Shown here one piece after another: positions 1 through 7,945 of a DNA stretch of 10,836 nt. Source of the stretch: an uncultured Methanosarcinales archaeon (lineage in GTDB: Archaea > Nanobdellota > Nanobdellia > Woesearchaeales > JAGVZT01). The position numbers were made by a program, and so were the translations under genes. The first letter of the stretch is position 1; every line of letters starts with the position of its first letter. The DNA is taken from the NCBI GenBank assembly GCA_964419615.1, contig CAYQPU010000038.1:1-10836 (forward strand), written 5' to 3'. The notes under the pieces were generated by a model. It had not been told where the DNA came from. It ran no database searches and saw only the letters and a list, made by a program, of their open reading frames with translations.

Positions 1-1063
1 TAGGATCTTTAATCTTATCTGGCAAGTAATCAGAGATTACGAAGTTTAGACCATGAGTTGCTAGTGCCTGCTGTTCTGCTCTTACTTTCATTTTTCTTAG
101 GTCATTTAGGGCTTTTTTCCATTTCTTGTGCTGGGCTATAAATGGATCGTTTTTTATTCCGTCTTTGATTCTTTTGATGTCAACGTCTTTTAATGGGTGT
201 GTTGGAAGGTTGTATTTTTTTATGTCATCTGGAGTTATACCAAAGAATTTTGCTTGAGGAACACAAAAGAATTCATTGATGTGGGCTGCATTTCCAGATC
301 CCACTTTTAGTGTTCTATAGATGTTCAACCATCCATATGGGTCACCATCTACAAATGCATAAACTGGTATTTTTGCTGAATCACTTAATCTTCTGATAAA
401 TCTTCTACATGCTCTGGTTGGAACTCCTCCCATTGAAACAAGAATGCAATTTGCTTTTTTCCAGTAATTATGTTTGTTTAATCTTTGGAACATACCTGTT
501 GTTTCAATAGCTAGGATGAATTTTGCTTTTGTTTCAAATTTTAGTTCTTCAACAGAGACTGGTACTGAGTATGCACCTGATCCAAATTTAGTACAATCAA
601 TTTTGATTTCTTTTCCTGTATCTGAGTCTTTGTCAATTACTGTTAGTTTTCCTGCAATGTCTCCTCCTTTTTCTTCTGGTATAAATCCAAGCTGTTCTCT
701 GTTTACTCTCATCATTGCTTCAATATCATCCATTACTGTGTCTGATTCGGTTTGTTCTTTGAATCTAGCATCTCCCCAGTTTTTGCTAACATAGTAAGTT
801 TCTCTTTTTGTTGCAATATCACTATTTTTAACAATCTCTTTTGAAAAACTCATCATTCTTAGTGTTTGAGCAAAAGTTTTGATAGTGGAGGCAGTTAGAG
901 TTCTTGTTTTTGTTTTTTTATCTAGTTCAAAAAAACCATCCTTTTCATTGTACCGAACATTACTTAGAGATCTGACTGGCATTTCTAGCTGAGGTTTTTG
1001 TTTTTTTAGAATACTTTTGTAGACTCTGTTTGAGATATTATTTATCTTTTTTAGAACTGTCAT
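1..1063 (-). CDS. top6A: DNA topoisomerase VI subunit A (Spo11 family), 3' end cut by the window edge
   Basis: Absent from the ORF track; translated by hand from ATG at 1063 (minus) with no stop before position 1. It reads [16 protein letters not shown]..., with ATKRETYY (catalytic Tyr in the winged-helix domain), LAIETTGMF and FVDGDPYG (TOPRIM Glu and DxD), and RAEQQAL near the end. GGAGG lies just upstream of the ATG. The gene directly follows top6B. Confidence 0.96.
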   Translation of the reverse strand, partial: MTVLKKINNISNRVYKSILKKQKPQLEMPVRSLSNVRYNEKDGFFELDKKTKTRTLTASTIKTFAQTLRMMSFSKEIVKNSDIATKRETYYVSKNWGDARFKEQTESDTVMDDIEAMMRVNREQLGFIPEEKGGDIAGKLTVIDKDSDTGKEIKIDCTKFGSGAYSVPVSVEELKFETKAKFILAIETTGMFQRLNKHNYWKKANCILVSMGGVPTRACRRFIRRLSDSAKIPVYAFVDGDPYGWLNIYRTLKVGSGNAAHINEFFCVPQAKFFGITPDDIKKYNLPTHPLKDVDIKRIKDGIKNDPFIAQHKKWKKALNDLRKMKVRAEQQALATHGLNFVISDYLPDKIKDP

Positions 1064-2696
1064 CTTCCCTCCTCCCTATTTTTGCAAATTCTTCATCATA
1101 TTCTGGGTTATCTTTTACTCCCACAGCTTTTAGTTCACCACGATCATGTTCGAGAATTTCTGCTAGCAGTTTTTCAATTTCTCTTTCTTTTACTTCATCA
1201 AGTTCAATTAGTTCTTTTAATGCTTCACCAATGTGAGGTATGTATTTTTTAATAAAATCTCTTTTTTTAAGTTCATCACCGACATTTTTCTTTTTCTTAA
1301 CATATTTTTGAAGTTTTCTACCTGCTTCTTGCAAAGCTAATTTAACTTCGCTGATGATTTCGGGATAATGAGCTACTGCTTCTTTGCTTTCAGATGTGAA
1401 TGGTACCCAGACTGAAGAGATGTGCACAAGAATAGTTGCCGGACCAACTGGTAATGCCCCTTTACTTTGGTTAAGACCATATGCTTTCCATTTTGTTTGG
1501 AGAACTGATTTGGTTATTGAACAGGCACTTCTTTGATACATTAATGGAACTCTGTTTGCAAATCTCATTAATGTTACTTGCTTATCACCTGTTTGATCTC
1601 CACCATAAGCTATTCCTACTTCAACTGCAAAAGGATTTCCCCTATAAACTGAAGGAGAACGTGTTACAGTACAATAAAATTCAGCATTGATTTCTTTTCT
1701 AAGTCCCTTTTCTAATAATTCTTCTCCAATTGGACTGATACAATCAGTAGGTGGAGCAATTATTTTTGTTTTTTTAATTGCTTTGATTAATTTTTCAGCA
1801 TTTTCTCTTGATAATCGCTTAGGACTGTTTTTTGGTAACAGTGCTGCGTTCTCGAATATTTTTTTTGCTGTTCCAGAACCAACACTTGAGAATTCATTTG
1901 ACAAAAATGATTGTAATGTACGATACTCTGTTACATCAAGCATTTTAATTAGTCTTCCAAGCTCCACACCATAAGGATGGGGAAGGATTTCTACTGGTTT
2001 TTTTGGAAGTTTTTTGGTTACTCTTGGAAAAATAAGTTGCTCTGCACTTGGTGATGTGTATATTATTGTTGCATGTGGGTTGACTACTGCAGTATATTTT
2101 AAGTAAGAATCAACACTTCTTGGACCTTTTCTATAGGTTGCTTCAAGATCTAGCTCAACTTTTGTTCCGTGATCTTTGTCCCACTCAACAATATCATCCT
2201 TGACGATCTTTGGTTTGTTGTTCTTTGTATCAATTACTAGTTCGTAATAATGTGCAGGTGCATCTTTTGATATTTTTGATATAATCTTTGCTGGCCTGCC
2301 TGTTGTTAATTGACCATACATTACTGATGCACTTATACCAATCCCTTGCTGACCTCTGCTTTGAGAGAGTTTAAAGAATTTTGACCCATATAATAATTTG
2401 GCAAATATTTTTGGGATTTGTTTTTTTACTATTCCAGGACCATTGTCTTCTACAACAACCTTGAATCTATCTTCTCCCATGTCAATTGTTTGGATTTCAA
2501 TGTCAGGCAGAACACCTGCTTCTTCACAAGCATCAAGGCTATTGTCAACTGCTTCTTTAATTGTTGTTAGTAATGCTTTGCCAGGATTATCAAAACCTAA
2601 TAAATGTCTGTTTCTGCTAAAAAATTCTGCTATGCTAATATCTCTTTGTGATTTTGCCAGTTCATGTGCAATTGCTCCTTCAGATATTTTTACCAC
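1038..2696 (-). CDS. top6B: DNA topoisomerase VI subunit B (GHKL ATPase, H2TH and transducer domains)
   Basis: N-terminal [20 protein letters not shown]; Bergerat motifs [17 protein letters not shown] and [10 protein letters not shown]; transducer motifs RFANRVPL and [13 protein letters not shown] start overlaps the upstream KH gene by 17 bp. Confidence 0.98.
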   Translation of the reverse strand: MVKISEGAIAHELAKSQRDISIAEFFSRNRHLLGFDNPGKALLTTIKEAVDNSLDACEEAGVLPDIEIQTIDMGEDRFKVVVEDNGPGIVKKQIPKIFAKLLYGSKFFKLSQSRGQQGIGISASVMYGQLTTGRPAKIISKISKDAPAHYYELVIDTKNNKPKIVKDDIVEWDKDHGTKVELDLEATYRKGPRSVDSYLKYTAVVNPHATIIYTSPSAEQLIFPRVTKKLPKKPVEILPHPYGVELGRLIKMLDVTEYRTLQSFLSNEFSSVGSGTAKKIFENAALLPKNSPKRLSRENAEKLIKAIKKTKIIAPPTDCISPIGEELLEKGLRKEINAEFYCTVTRSPSVYRGNPFAVEVGIAYGGDQTGDKQVTLMRFANRVPLMYQRSACSITKSVLQTKWKAYGLNQSKGALPVGPATILVHISSVWVPFTSESKEAVAHYPEIISEVKLALQEAGRKLQKYVKKKKNVGDELKKRDFIKKYIPHIGEALKELIELDEVKEREIEKLLAEILEHDRGELKAVGVKDNPEYDEEFAKIGRREDDSSKKDK

Positions 2697-3228
2697 CTAA
2701 CTCTCTTAGTTTTTGAACTCTCCGACTTTTTTCTAACATCTTGTATACAGTGGAGTGCATGCTTCCTTCAAGGAGCATTTCTATTGCTCTTCTTGCCAGA
2801 GCAACATTGACAACCTCACCTATTATTGAAATTGTTTTTCCATACACACTTATATTGGTTTCTGTAAATTCTTCTAGGTTCTTTCTTGATTTACCATCAC
2901 TACCAATGACTCTGCCTTTTAATCTTTTGATTTGATGAGGATTATTTATGTAGTCTTTAATGTTTAGAATATCAAAACCATAATCTTGTTTTAATAGCAA
3001 TGTTGCTGTTTCAGGATTAAATCCCCTGCCAATAGCTTTGATGATTTCCTGGGCAAGATACACTTTTACTGTATCTTCTCCCTTAACTAAAACATCTCCT
3101 TCTTCAGAATCCACCATAATGTGAGTGCTTGTGCATTCCTCTAGCTTTTTTTTCATGTTACCTTTTGTACCAATCAAAACTGCTATCCTATCTTTAGGAA
3201 TTTTTAGTCCATGCTGATATTCAACCAT
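2680..3228 (-). CDS. dim2: Tandem KH-domain RNA-binding protein, archaeal Dim2/Pno1 (KRR1-like) small-subunit biogenesis factor
   Basis: Two KH GxxG loops ([20 protein letters not shown]), the family-typical AIGRGF and GKTISIIG segments, and C-terminal [14 protein letters not shown]. Position upstream of top6B-top6A matches the usual archaeal order. GGTGA lies upstream of the ATG. Confidence 0.9.
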   Translation of the reverse strand: MVEYQHGLKIPKDRIAVLIGTKGNMKKKLEECTSTHIMVDSEEGDVLVKGEDTVKVYLAQEIIKAIGRGFNPETATLLLKQDYGFDILNIKDYINNPHQIKRLKGRVIGSDGKSRKNLEEFTETNISVYGKTISIIGEVVNVALARRAIEMLLEGSMHSTVYKMLEKSRRVQKLRELGGKNI

Positions 3229-3251
3229 GATTCACCACTAATTAGACTGCT

Positions 3252-3266
3252 CTTTTAAATGTTTTC
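3252..3266 (-). promoter_or_regulatory. Putative BRE/TATA promoter for the KH-top6B-top6A unit
   Basis: Minus strand GAAAACA-TTTAAAAG; the first T of the TATA box (3259) is 31 nt upstream of the ATG at 3228. Confidence 0.55.
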
Positions 3267-3274
3267 TCTCTGTT

Positions 3275-3556
3275 TTACAGCTTACTTAGAAAATGATTTA
3301 GGCAGTCTTTACCGCAAAACGATCCTCTTTTTTTAAAATCTCTTCTTCCAAATTTTAGAATAAATTCATCAATATAGTATGGATTAATTTTGATGCCACA
3401 AGTTGCACACAGTTTCATATCATTGTGTTCAATGTCTGCTAATTTCTGTTTTACAAGTGTTCTTGTGTGTGATCCACCATTTTCAAGGTCTTTTCTTAAT
3501 TTCACAAGATCTTCATATTTAACATCATCAATTAGATCTCTAAAACCTTTTTTCAT
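3275..3556 (-). CDS. Small hypothetical protein with a Cys4 treble-clef (TRASH/eL24-like) zinc-finger motif
   Basis: 93 aa. C50-x2-C53 (CATC) and F-C81-x3-C85 (FCGKDC) follow a helical N-terminal half. GAGGT ribosome-binding site and a TATA box lie upstream. Confidence 0.75.
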   Translation of the reverse strand: MKKGFRDLIDDVKYEDLVKLRKDLENGGSHTRTLVKQKLADIEHNDMKLCATCGIKINPYYIDEFILKFGRRDFKKRGSFCGKDCLNHFLSKL

Positions 3557-3597
3557 TCTGACCTCTTTTTATATTAGGATACTAAAAGATACACTGA

Positions 3598-3610
3598 TAT
3601 ATAAATTTTA
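3598..3610 (-). promoter_or_regulatory. Putative TATA promoter for the small zinc-finger gene
   Basis: Minus strand TAAAA-TTTATATA, 49 nt upstream of the ATG, which leaves a short leader containing GAGGT. Confidence 0.5.
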
Positions 3611-3647
3611 GCATTTTGTAGTGATATCATATTTGAGTAGATTTAAG

Positions 3648-3663
3648 GAAAATTATTTAAAAA
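3648..3663 (+). promoter_or_regulatory. Putative BRE/TATA promoter for mscL
   Basis: GAAAATTA-TTTAAAAA, with the TATA box 42 nt upstream of the ATG; the predicted short leader carries GGGGGAG. Confidence 0.5.
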
Positions 3664-3697
3664 AGAAACAGAATAGAACTTTCTAGGGGGAGAGTTT

Positions 3698-4003
3698 ATG
3701 GGAATAAAAAATGAGTTTTTAGAATTCTTAAAAGAGTATAAAATACTTGGATTAGCTATTGCATTTATTATGGGCGCTGCTGCAACAGCTTTAGTTAAGT
3801 CTTTAGTTGATAACATAATTATGCCGGTTATAGCTCCAATAATTCCTGGTGGAAATTGGAAAACAGCAACATTAGTGCTAGGTCCAGTTACTTTAGGATG
3901 GGGAGCTTTTGTGGCAGAAATTATTAATTTTCTAATAATTGCACTAGTTGTGTTTTTTGTTGCAAAGAAAGTGCTTAAAGAAGAAAAAGTGGCAAAGAAA
4001 TAG
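3698..4003 (+). CDS. mscL: Large-conductance mechanosensitive channel MscL (short archaeal type)
   Basis: Amphipathic N-terminus F7-x2-F10; TM1 LAIAFIMGAAATALVKSLVDNIIMP (typical MscL pattern ..IG.A....V.SLV.DI.MP); TM2 WGAFVAEIINFLIIALVVFF; basic tail. GGGGGAG ribosome-binding site upstream. Confidence 0.93.
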   Translation: MGIKNEFLEFLKEYKILGLAIAFIMGAAATALVKSLVDNIIMPVIAPIIPGGNWKTATLVLGPVTLGWGAFVAEIINFLIIALVVFFVAKKVLKEEKVAKK

Positions 4004-4006
4004 TTT

Positions 4007-5194
4007 TTAATTTATAATGTTGTTTATTTCTTCTTTTATTCTTTTTTCAAAGTCACCAACTCTTTCTCCTTCAGTTTTCTGCTGGCTTAGCGTTTGCATT
4101 AGAGTTATGATTTTTTGCTGTTCTACTTGATTATCCCATCCTTGAATTTTTATTTGACCAGTATTTTCTTTTATTAACATTTTCTCAATTTCATCAACAG
4201 AGTTTTCAGTTACCTTTATTGCTTTGAATTCCTTTGAGCTAAGTTTACCAGTGTTTCTTAATACGGAAATAGCTCCCTTTCTTTCCAGCTCTTTTCTAAT
4301 TGTTTTGAAATCAATATCTGTTGTTTTTCCAGTTATGAGTTCTCCAAATAATCTAACTGTGACAATTGTATGGATGAATTCTTTGTTTTTAATCAATTGT
4401 TTTAACTGTGCATTTACTTGTTCACTTGTTTTTTGATTACAGTCATGTTTGATGGAATAAACACTACAAACATTTAGTGGAAAATACCTTACAACTAGAC
4501 TTGGATCAGTTTCTACAATGAAGAAACCACCTTGCTCCAAATCTTCTAATTCTTTGAATGTGTCAGGAAAAGTTGGACCAGGGTAGATTATTTTCCCATA
4601 ACTTGGGATATTTTTTTCAATTATTTGATGAATATGGCCACCGGCATAGTAATCAAAGTTTTTTGGGAATTGGCCAAGTGATATTTTTTCTATCTGGTCT
4701 AATCCAGGCATATCAATTTCACTTATTGCCGAGTGAAACATGAATATCTTAAAGCCAGATTCTGCCTCAAGTTCTTGTTTGTTTAGTTTATTGTAATCTT
4801 GTTTTTCAAGTGATCCTCTTTTGCCATGAATTCCTATGATTTTTGCTTGCTTTTCTTTGGAAAAACTTTTGTTTTCTGTAATGTCATGAACAATGCCAGC
4901 TTTGTCTAAAACACTTAGTATAGTTTTTCCACTTGGTGAATAATCATGACTTCCGGCTATTACATAGATATTGATGTTGTGATCTTTTGCTTGTTTTAAT
5001 TTTTCTACAGCTATTTTTAGACTTTCAATTGCAGGAAGCGCTGTATGAAATAAATCCCCTGAGATGAGGATAAAATCGACTGATTCTTTGATGCAGATGT
5101 CTATTGCTCTTTCAAATGCCTTTGTTGAAAGATCCCGAAGTTTAGGATCAGACCAGCTTCCAATGTGACAGTCTGCCATGTGAGCAAATTTCAT
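4007..5194 (-). CDS. mre11: Mre11/SbcD-family metallophosphoesterase DNA repair exonuclease
   Basis: Phosphoesterase motifs ADCHIG (I), SGDLFH (II), AGSHD (III; usually GNHD), MFH (IV) and GGHIH (V), followed by YPGP, a capping domain and a helical C-terminus. 395 aa fits archaeal Mre11. Confidence 0.85.
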   Translation of the reverse strand: MKFAHMADCHIGSWSDPKLRDLSTKAFERAIDICIKESVDFILISGDLFHTALPAIESLKIAVEKLKQAKDHNINIYVIAGSHDYSPSGKTILSVLDKAGIVHDITENKSFSKEKQAKIIGIHGKRGSLEKQDYNKLNKQELEAESGFKIFMFHSAISEIDMPGLDQIEKISLGQFPKNFDYYAGGHIHQIIEKNIPSYGKIIYPGPTFPDTFKELEDLEQGGFFIVETDPSLVVRYFPLNVCSVYSIKHDCNQKTSEQVNAQLKQLIKNKEFIHTIVTVRLFGELITGKTTDIDFKTIRKELERKGAISVLRNTGKLSSKEFKAIKVTENSVDEIEKMLIKENTGQIKIQGWDNQVEQQKIITLMQTLSQQKTEGERVGDFEKRIKEEINNIIN

Positions 5195-5215
5195 GCATTT
5201 GATAATGTTTTGAGG

Positions 5216-5223
5216 TATATAAA
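5216..5223 (-). promoter_or_regulatory. Putative TATA box for mre11 (leaderless)
   Basis: Minus strand TTTATATA starting 29 nt upstream of the ATG; no SD motif. Confidence 0.55.
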
Positions 5224-5270
5224 TTTGATGAAACCAATTGAATTATCATTTTAATCCTACTTGTAATTAA

Positions 5271-5286
5271 CAAAAACTTTTTAAGT
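5271..5286 (+). promoter_or_regulatory. Putative BRE/TATA promoter for the 137-aa hypothetical gene (leaderless)
   Basis: CAAAAACT-TTTTAAGT, with the TATA box about 30 nt upstream of the ATG; no SD motif. Confidence 0.5.
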
Positions 5287-5308
5287 TCAAAATATCTGCT
5301 AGAGTAAT

Positions 5309-5722
5309 ATGAAAGCACAAGAGGTTTTGGAGTGGACAAACCACCATATCAAGTTTGTGGATGCATATCATAAGAAAATTAAGGGTATGTCTGAAAACAA
5401 AGGTGTTATTTGTGTTAAGTATAAGTCTAATAAAGTTGAGCATTATTATACTACTGTAAGTTTTGAAGATGTTGATCTTGCAAAACTTGGCTCAAATCCT
5501 ATTGTTGTGCTACCAAATTCAAAACATAATTTTGATTTGCTTGTAAAAAACTGGAAAAATATTTGTAAGAATCCAGATTTGAAATTGGTTTTTTTCAATC
5601 CAAATTCAACTCTGCTGAGAAAATGGGTTATTAAACCACATATTCATAATAAGATATGTGATAAAGAATCCTTAAAAAAAGGCCTAAAGGCTATGTTTGG
5701 TACTGTTGATATCGTGGATTAG
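5309..5722 (+). CDS. Hypothetical protein (137 aa), no recognised domain
   Basis: Only long ORF between mre11 and the cupin. A TATA-like element lies about 30 nt upstream of the ATG. Composition is Lys-rich like the host housekeeping genes. Confidence 0.75.
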   Translation: MKAQEVLEWTNHHIKFVDAYHKKIKGMSENKGVICVKYKSNKVEHYYTTVSFEDVDLAKLGSNPIVVLPNSKHNFDLLVKNWKNICKNPDLKLVFFNPNSTLLRKWVIKPHIHNKICDKESLKKGLKAMFGTVDIVD

Positions 5723-6090
5723 ATCTTTTCTGGATTTGTAACAGTTCTTTCTTCTTTAACATTACCAGTGTTTACTGTTCCTTTTTTAGAGATATAGATT
5801 ATTTCTGTTTGTTTCTTTGCAGCTGTTTGATGCTCAATTCCACGCGGCATGAACAAACATTCCCCTTTTTTTAGACAAAACTCCTCTTCTCGAGTTCTTA
5901 CAATAAATTCTCCAGAGATTGTTAAAAACATTTCATCTTCATCATCATGATGATGCCATGGAAGCTCGCCCTCACATTTTGCCAACTGAACATTACAGTC
6001 ATTGAGCTCTCCAATCTTTTTTGGACTCCAGAATTCATTGAATATGGAAAGTTTTTCCGAAATATTGATTTTTTGGATTTTTTTTGTCAT
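5719..6090 (-). CDS. Cupin-domain protein (mannose-6-phosphate-isomerase-like monocupin)
   Basis: Cupin motif 1 GELPWHHHDDEDEMFLTISG and motif 2 GECLFMPRGIEH, giving a His/His/Glu/His metal site. N-terminal FNEFWSPKKIGELND and C-terminal GTVNTG are typical of a widespread small-cupin family. Confidence 0.9.
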   Translation of the reverse strand: MTKKIQKINISEKLSIFNEFWSPKKIGELNDCNVQLAKCEGELPWHHHDDEDEMFLTISGEFIVRTREEEFCLKKGECLFMPRGIEHQTAAKKQTEIIYISKKGTVNTGNVKEERTVTNPEKI

Positions 6091-6113
6091 TTTATTATTG
6101 GGGTGTATGTCAA

Positions 6114-6128
6114 TTATTTAATTTTTTG
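6114..6128 (-). promoter_or_regulatory. Putative BRE/TATA promoter for the cupin gene (leaderless)
   Basis: Minus strand CAAAAAA-TTAAATAA, with the TATA box 31 nt upstream of the ATG; back-to-back with the infB promoter. Confidence 0.5.
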
Positions 6129-6135
6129 TTAATTT

Positions 6136-6150
6136 GACAAGATTTAAAAA
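6136..6150 (+). promoter_or_regulatory. Putative BRE/TATA promoter for infB (leaderless)
   Basis: GACAAGA-TTTAAAAA, with the TATA box 30 nt upstream of the ATG; no SD motif. Confidence 0.55.
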
Positions 6151-6172
6151 CAGTTTTTGATTCTATTTTTAT

Positions 6173-7945
6173 ATGGCAGATATTAGAAGCCCTATTTGTG
6201 TTGTTTTGGGGCATGTGGATCATGGCAAAACCTTGCTTTTAGATAAGATTAGAGGTACTGCTATTCAGAGAGGTGAATCTGGAGGGATTACTCAGGCAAT
6301 TGGCGCTTCTATTATTCCTATTGATACTTTAAAACAGGTTTGTGGAAAGTTGCTTGACCAATTAAAACTTGAATTAACAATTCCAGGATTATTGTTTATA
6401 GATACTCCTGGACACGAGGCATTTACTAGTCTGCGAAAGAGAGGTGGAAGTTTAGCTGATATTGCTATTGTTGTGATTGATCTAAATGAAGGCTTTAAAC
6501 CTCAAACTCATGAGACTATTAAGATTTTACAGAATTCAAAGACTCCATTTATTGTTGCTGCTAATAAATTGGATTTGCTTTCTGGTTGGCAGGATAAAAG
6601 CGGAAAGTTGCTTTCTGATATTAATGATCAATATCCCCAGGTTAAAGAAAAGCTTGATATTAAAATTTATGAGATTGTTGGAAAGCTTGCAGAGTATGGT
6701 TTTAATTCTGAGAGATTTGACAGAGTAGATGATTATACAAAAACAGTTGGTATTGTTCCGGTTTCAGCTATGAGTGGAATTGGAGTTCCGGAGTTGTTAA
6801 TGGTCCTAACTGGCCTATCTCAACGATATCTTAACCAGTGTTTGGAGTGTCAGGTTGAAGGTCCTGCAAGTGGAACAATATTAGAAGTTAAAGAAGAAAA
6901 AGGACTAGGTGTTACTGCTGATGTTATTATTTATGATGGTACTTTGAATGTTAATGACTTAATTGTTATTGGTGGTGTTAATGAACCATTGACAACAAAA
7001 GTTAGAGCTTTGCTTGTACCAAAACCTTTAGAAGAAATGAGGGATAAGAAGACTAAGTTTCTACATGTTGATAAGATTATTGCAGCAACTGGTGTTAAGA
7101 TTGTTGCCCCAGATTTGGATAAAGCAGCAGCAGGTATGCCATTAAAAGAGGCTTCTTCAGCTGATCTTGAGGAGATTCAAGAAAAAGTTAGACAAGAGGT
7201 TGGAGAGGTTTTAATTGAGACTGATCAGGCTGGAATAGTTGTTAAGGCTGATAATCTTGGATCCTTAGAAGCATTAATTAATTTACTTAAAAAAGAAGAG
7301 ATTCCTATTAGAAAAGCGTCAATTGGCCAGATTACTAAAAAAGATATTATGGATGTGCAGGCTAATCTGGAGACTGATGCTTTGACTGCAATATTACTGG
7401 GGTTTAGTATCAGTATGAATAAAGAAGCTGAGGAATTGGCAGAGGAGTTAGGAATTCCAGTTTTTACTAATACAATTATTTACAAATTAATTGAAGATTA
7501 CCAAGAATGGATTGAGAAGAAGAAAGCTGCAAAAAAGACGGCTGAGATGATGGGTGTTGTAAAGCCATGCAAGATCAAATTATTAAAAGGATATATTTTT
7601 AGACAGAGAAATCCTGCTGTTGTTGGTGTTGAGGTGGTTAGTGGTGTTCTTAAGGTAGGTCAATCATTGATGAAAGACACTGAAGCAATCACTTTTGTTA
7701 AAACCATTCAACACGAAAAGAAAAATATTCAAGAAGCTAAAGCCGGTATGCAGGTTGCTGTGTCTCTCGATAAGATTACAATTGGAAGACAGGTTGAAGA
7801 AACAGATGTTTTGTATTCTTTTGTTTCAGAGGGAGAATTTAGAACTATGAAAAAGATAAAAGAGAATCTTAGTTCTGCTGAAATTGATCTATTAAAGGAA
7901 ATTGCTGACAAGATGAGAGAACAAAATTCTATGTGGGGAATATGA
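6173..7945 (+). CDS. infB: Translation initiation factor aIF5B (archaeal IF-2)
   Basis: Starts IRSPICVVLGHVDHGKT (G1); GGITQAIGA (G2), DTPGHEAFTSLRKRGGSLAD (G3), NKLD (G4), VSA (G5). 590 aa with no bacterial N-terminal extension and no intein. Confidence 0.98.
   Translation: MADIRSPICVVLGHVDHGKTLLLDKIRGTAIQRGESGGITQAIGASIIPIDTLKQVCGKLLDQLKLELTIPGLLFIDTPGHEAFTSLRKRGGSLADIAIVVIDLNEGFKPQTHETIKILQNSKTPFIVAANKLDLLSGWQDKSGKLLSDINDQYPQVKEKLDIKIYEIVGKLAEYGFNSERFDRVDDYTKTVGIVPVSAMSGIGVPELLMVLTGLSQRYLNQCLECQVEGPASGTILEVKEEKGLGVTADVIIYDGTLNVNDLIVIGGVNEPLTTKVRALLVPKPLEEMRDKKTKFLHVDKIIAATGVKIVAPDLDKAAAGMPLKEASSADLEEIQEKVRQEVGEVLIETDQAGIVVKADNLGSLEALINLLKKEEIPIRKASIGQITKKDIMDVQANLETDALTAILLGFSISMNKEAEELAEELGIPVFTNTIIYKLIEDYQEWIEKKKAAKKTAEMMGVVKPCKIKLLKGYIFRQRNPAVVGVEVVSGVLKVGQSLMKDTEAITFVKTIQHEKKNIQEAKAGMQVAVSLDKITIGRQVEETDVLYSFVSEGEFRTMKKIKENLSSAEIDLLKEIADKMREQNSMWGI

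Noticed and set aside
474-2935. Plus-strand ORFs 474-794, 1030-1236, 1481-1690, 1687-1974, 2398-2700 and 2741-2935
   Set aside because: Antisense shadows of top6A, top6B and dim2, with Ser/Phe/Leu-rich translations and no motifs or initiation signals.
5940-5955. Perfect 16-bp palindrome CATCATCATGATGATG
   Set aside because: Explained by the cupin codons CAT CAT CAT GAT GAT (His-His-His-Asp-Asp) of the metal-binding motif.
6209-6241. aIF5B P-loop reads GHVDHGKTLLL rather than GKTTLL; this region is a known intein site in some archaea
   Set aside because: The essential GKT is intact, the next residue varies among IF2/IF5B proteins, and the protein length and continuity show no intein.
3390-7911. 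ORFs 3390-3611, 4224-4436, 4558-4743, 5148-5339, 5947-6132, 6486-6728 and 7729-7911
   Set aside because: Each overlaps a well-supported gene on the opposite strand or in another frame and shows no recognisable protein features.
7933-7941. GTG start for the PUA gene given by the ORF track
   Set aside because: The ATG at 7942 forms an ATGA overlap with the infB stop and has a G-rich SD-like GTGGGG upstream, which fits better.
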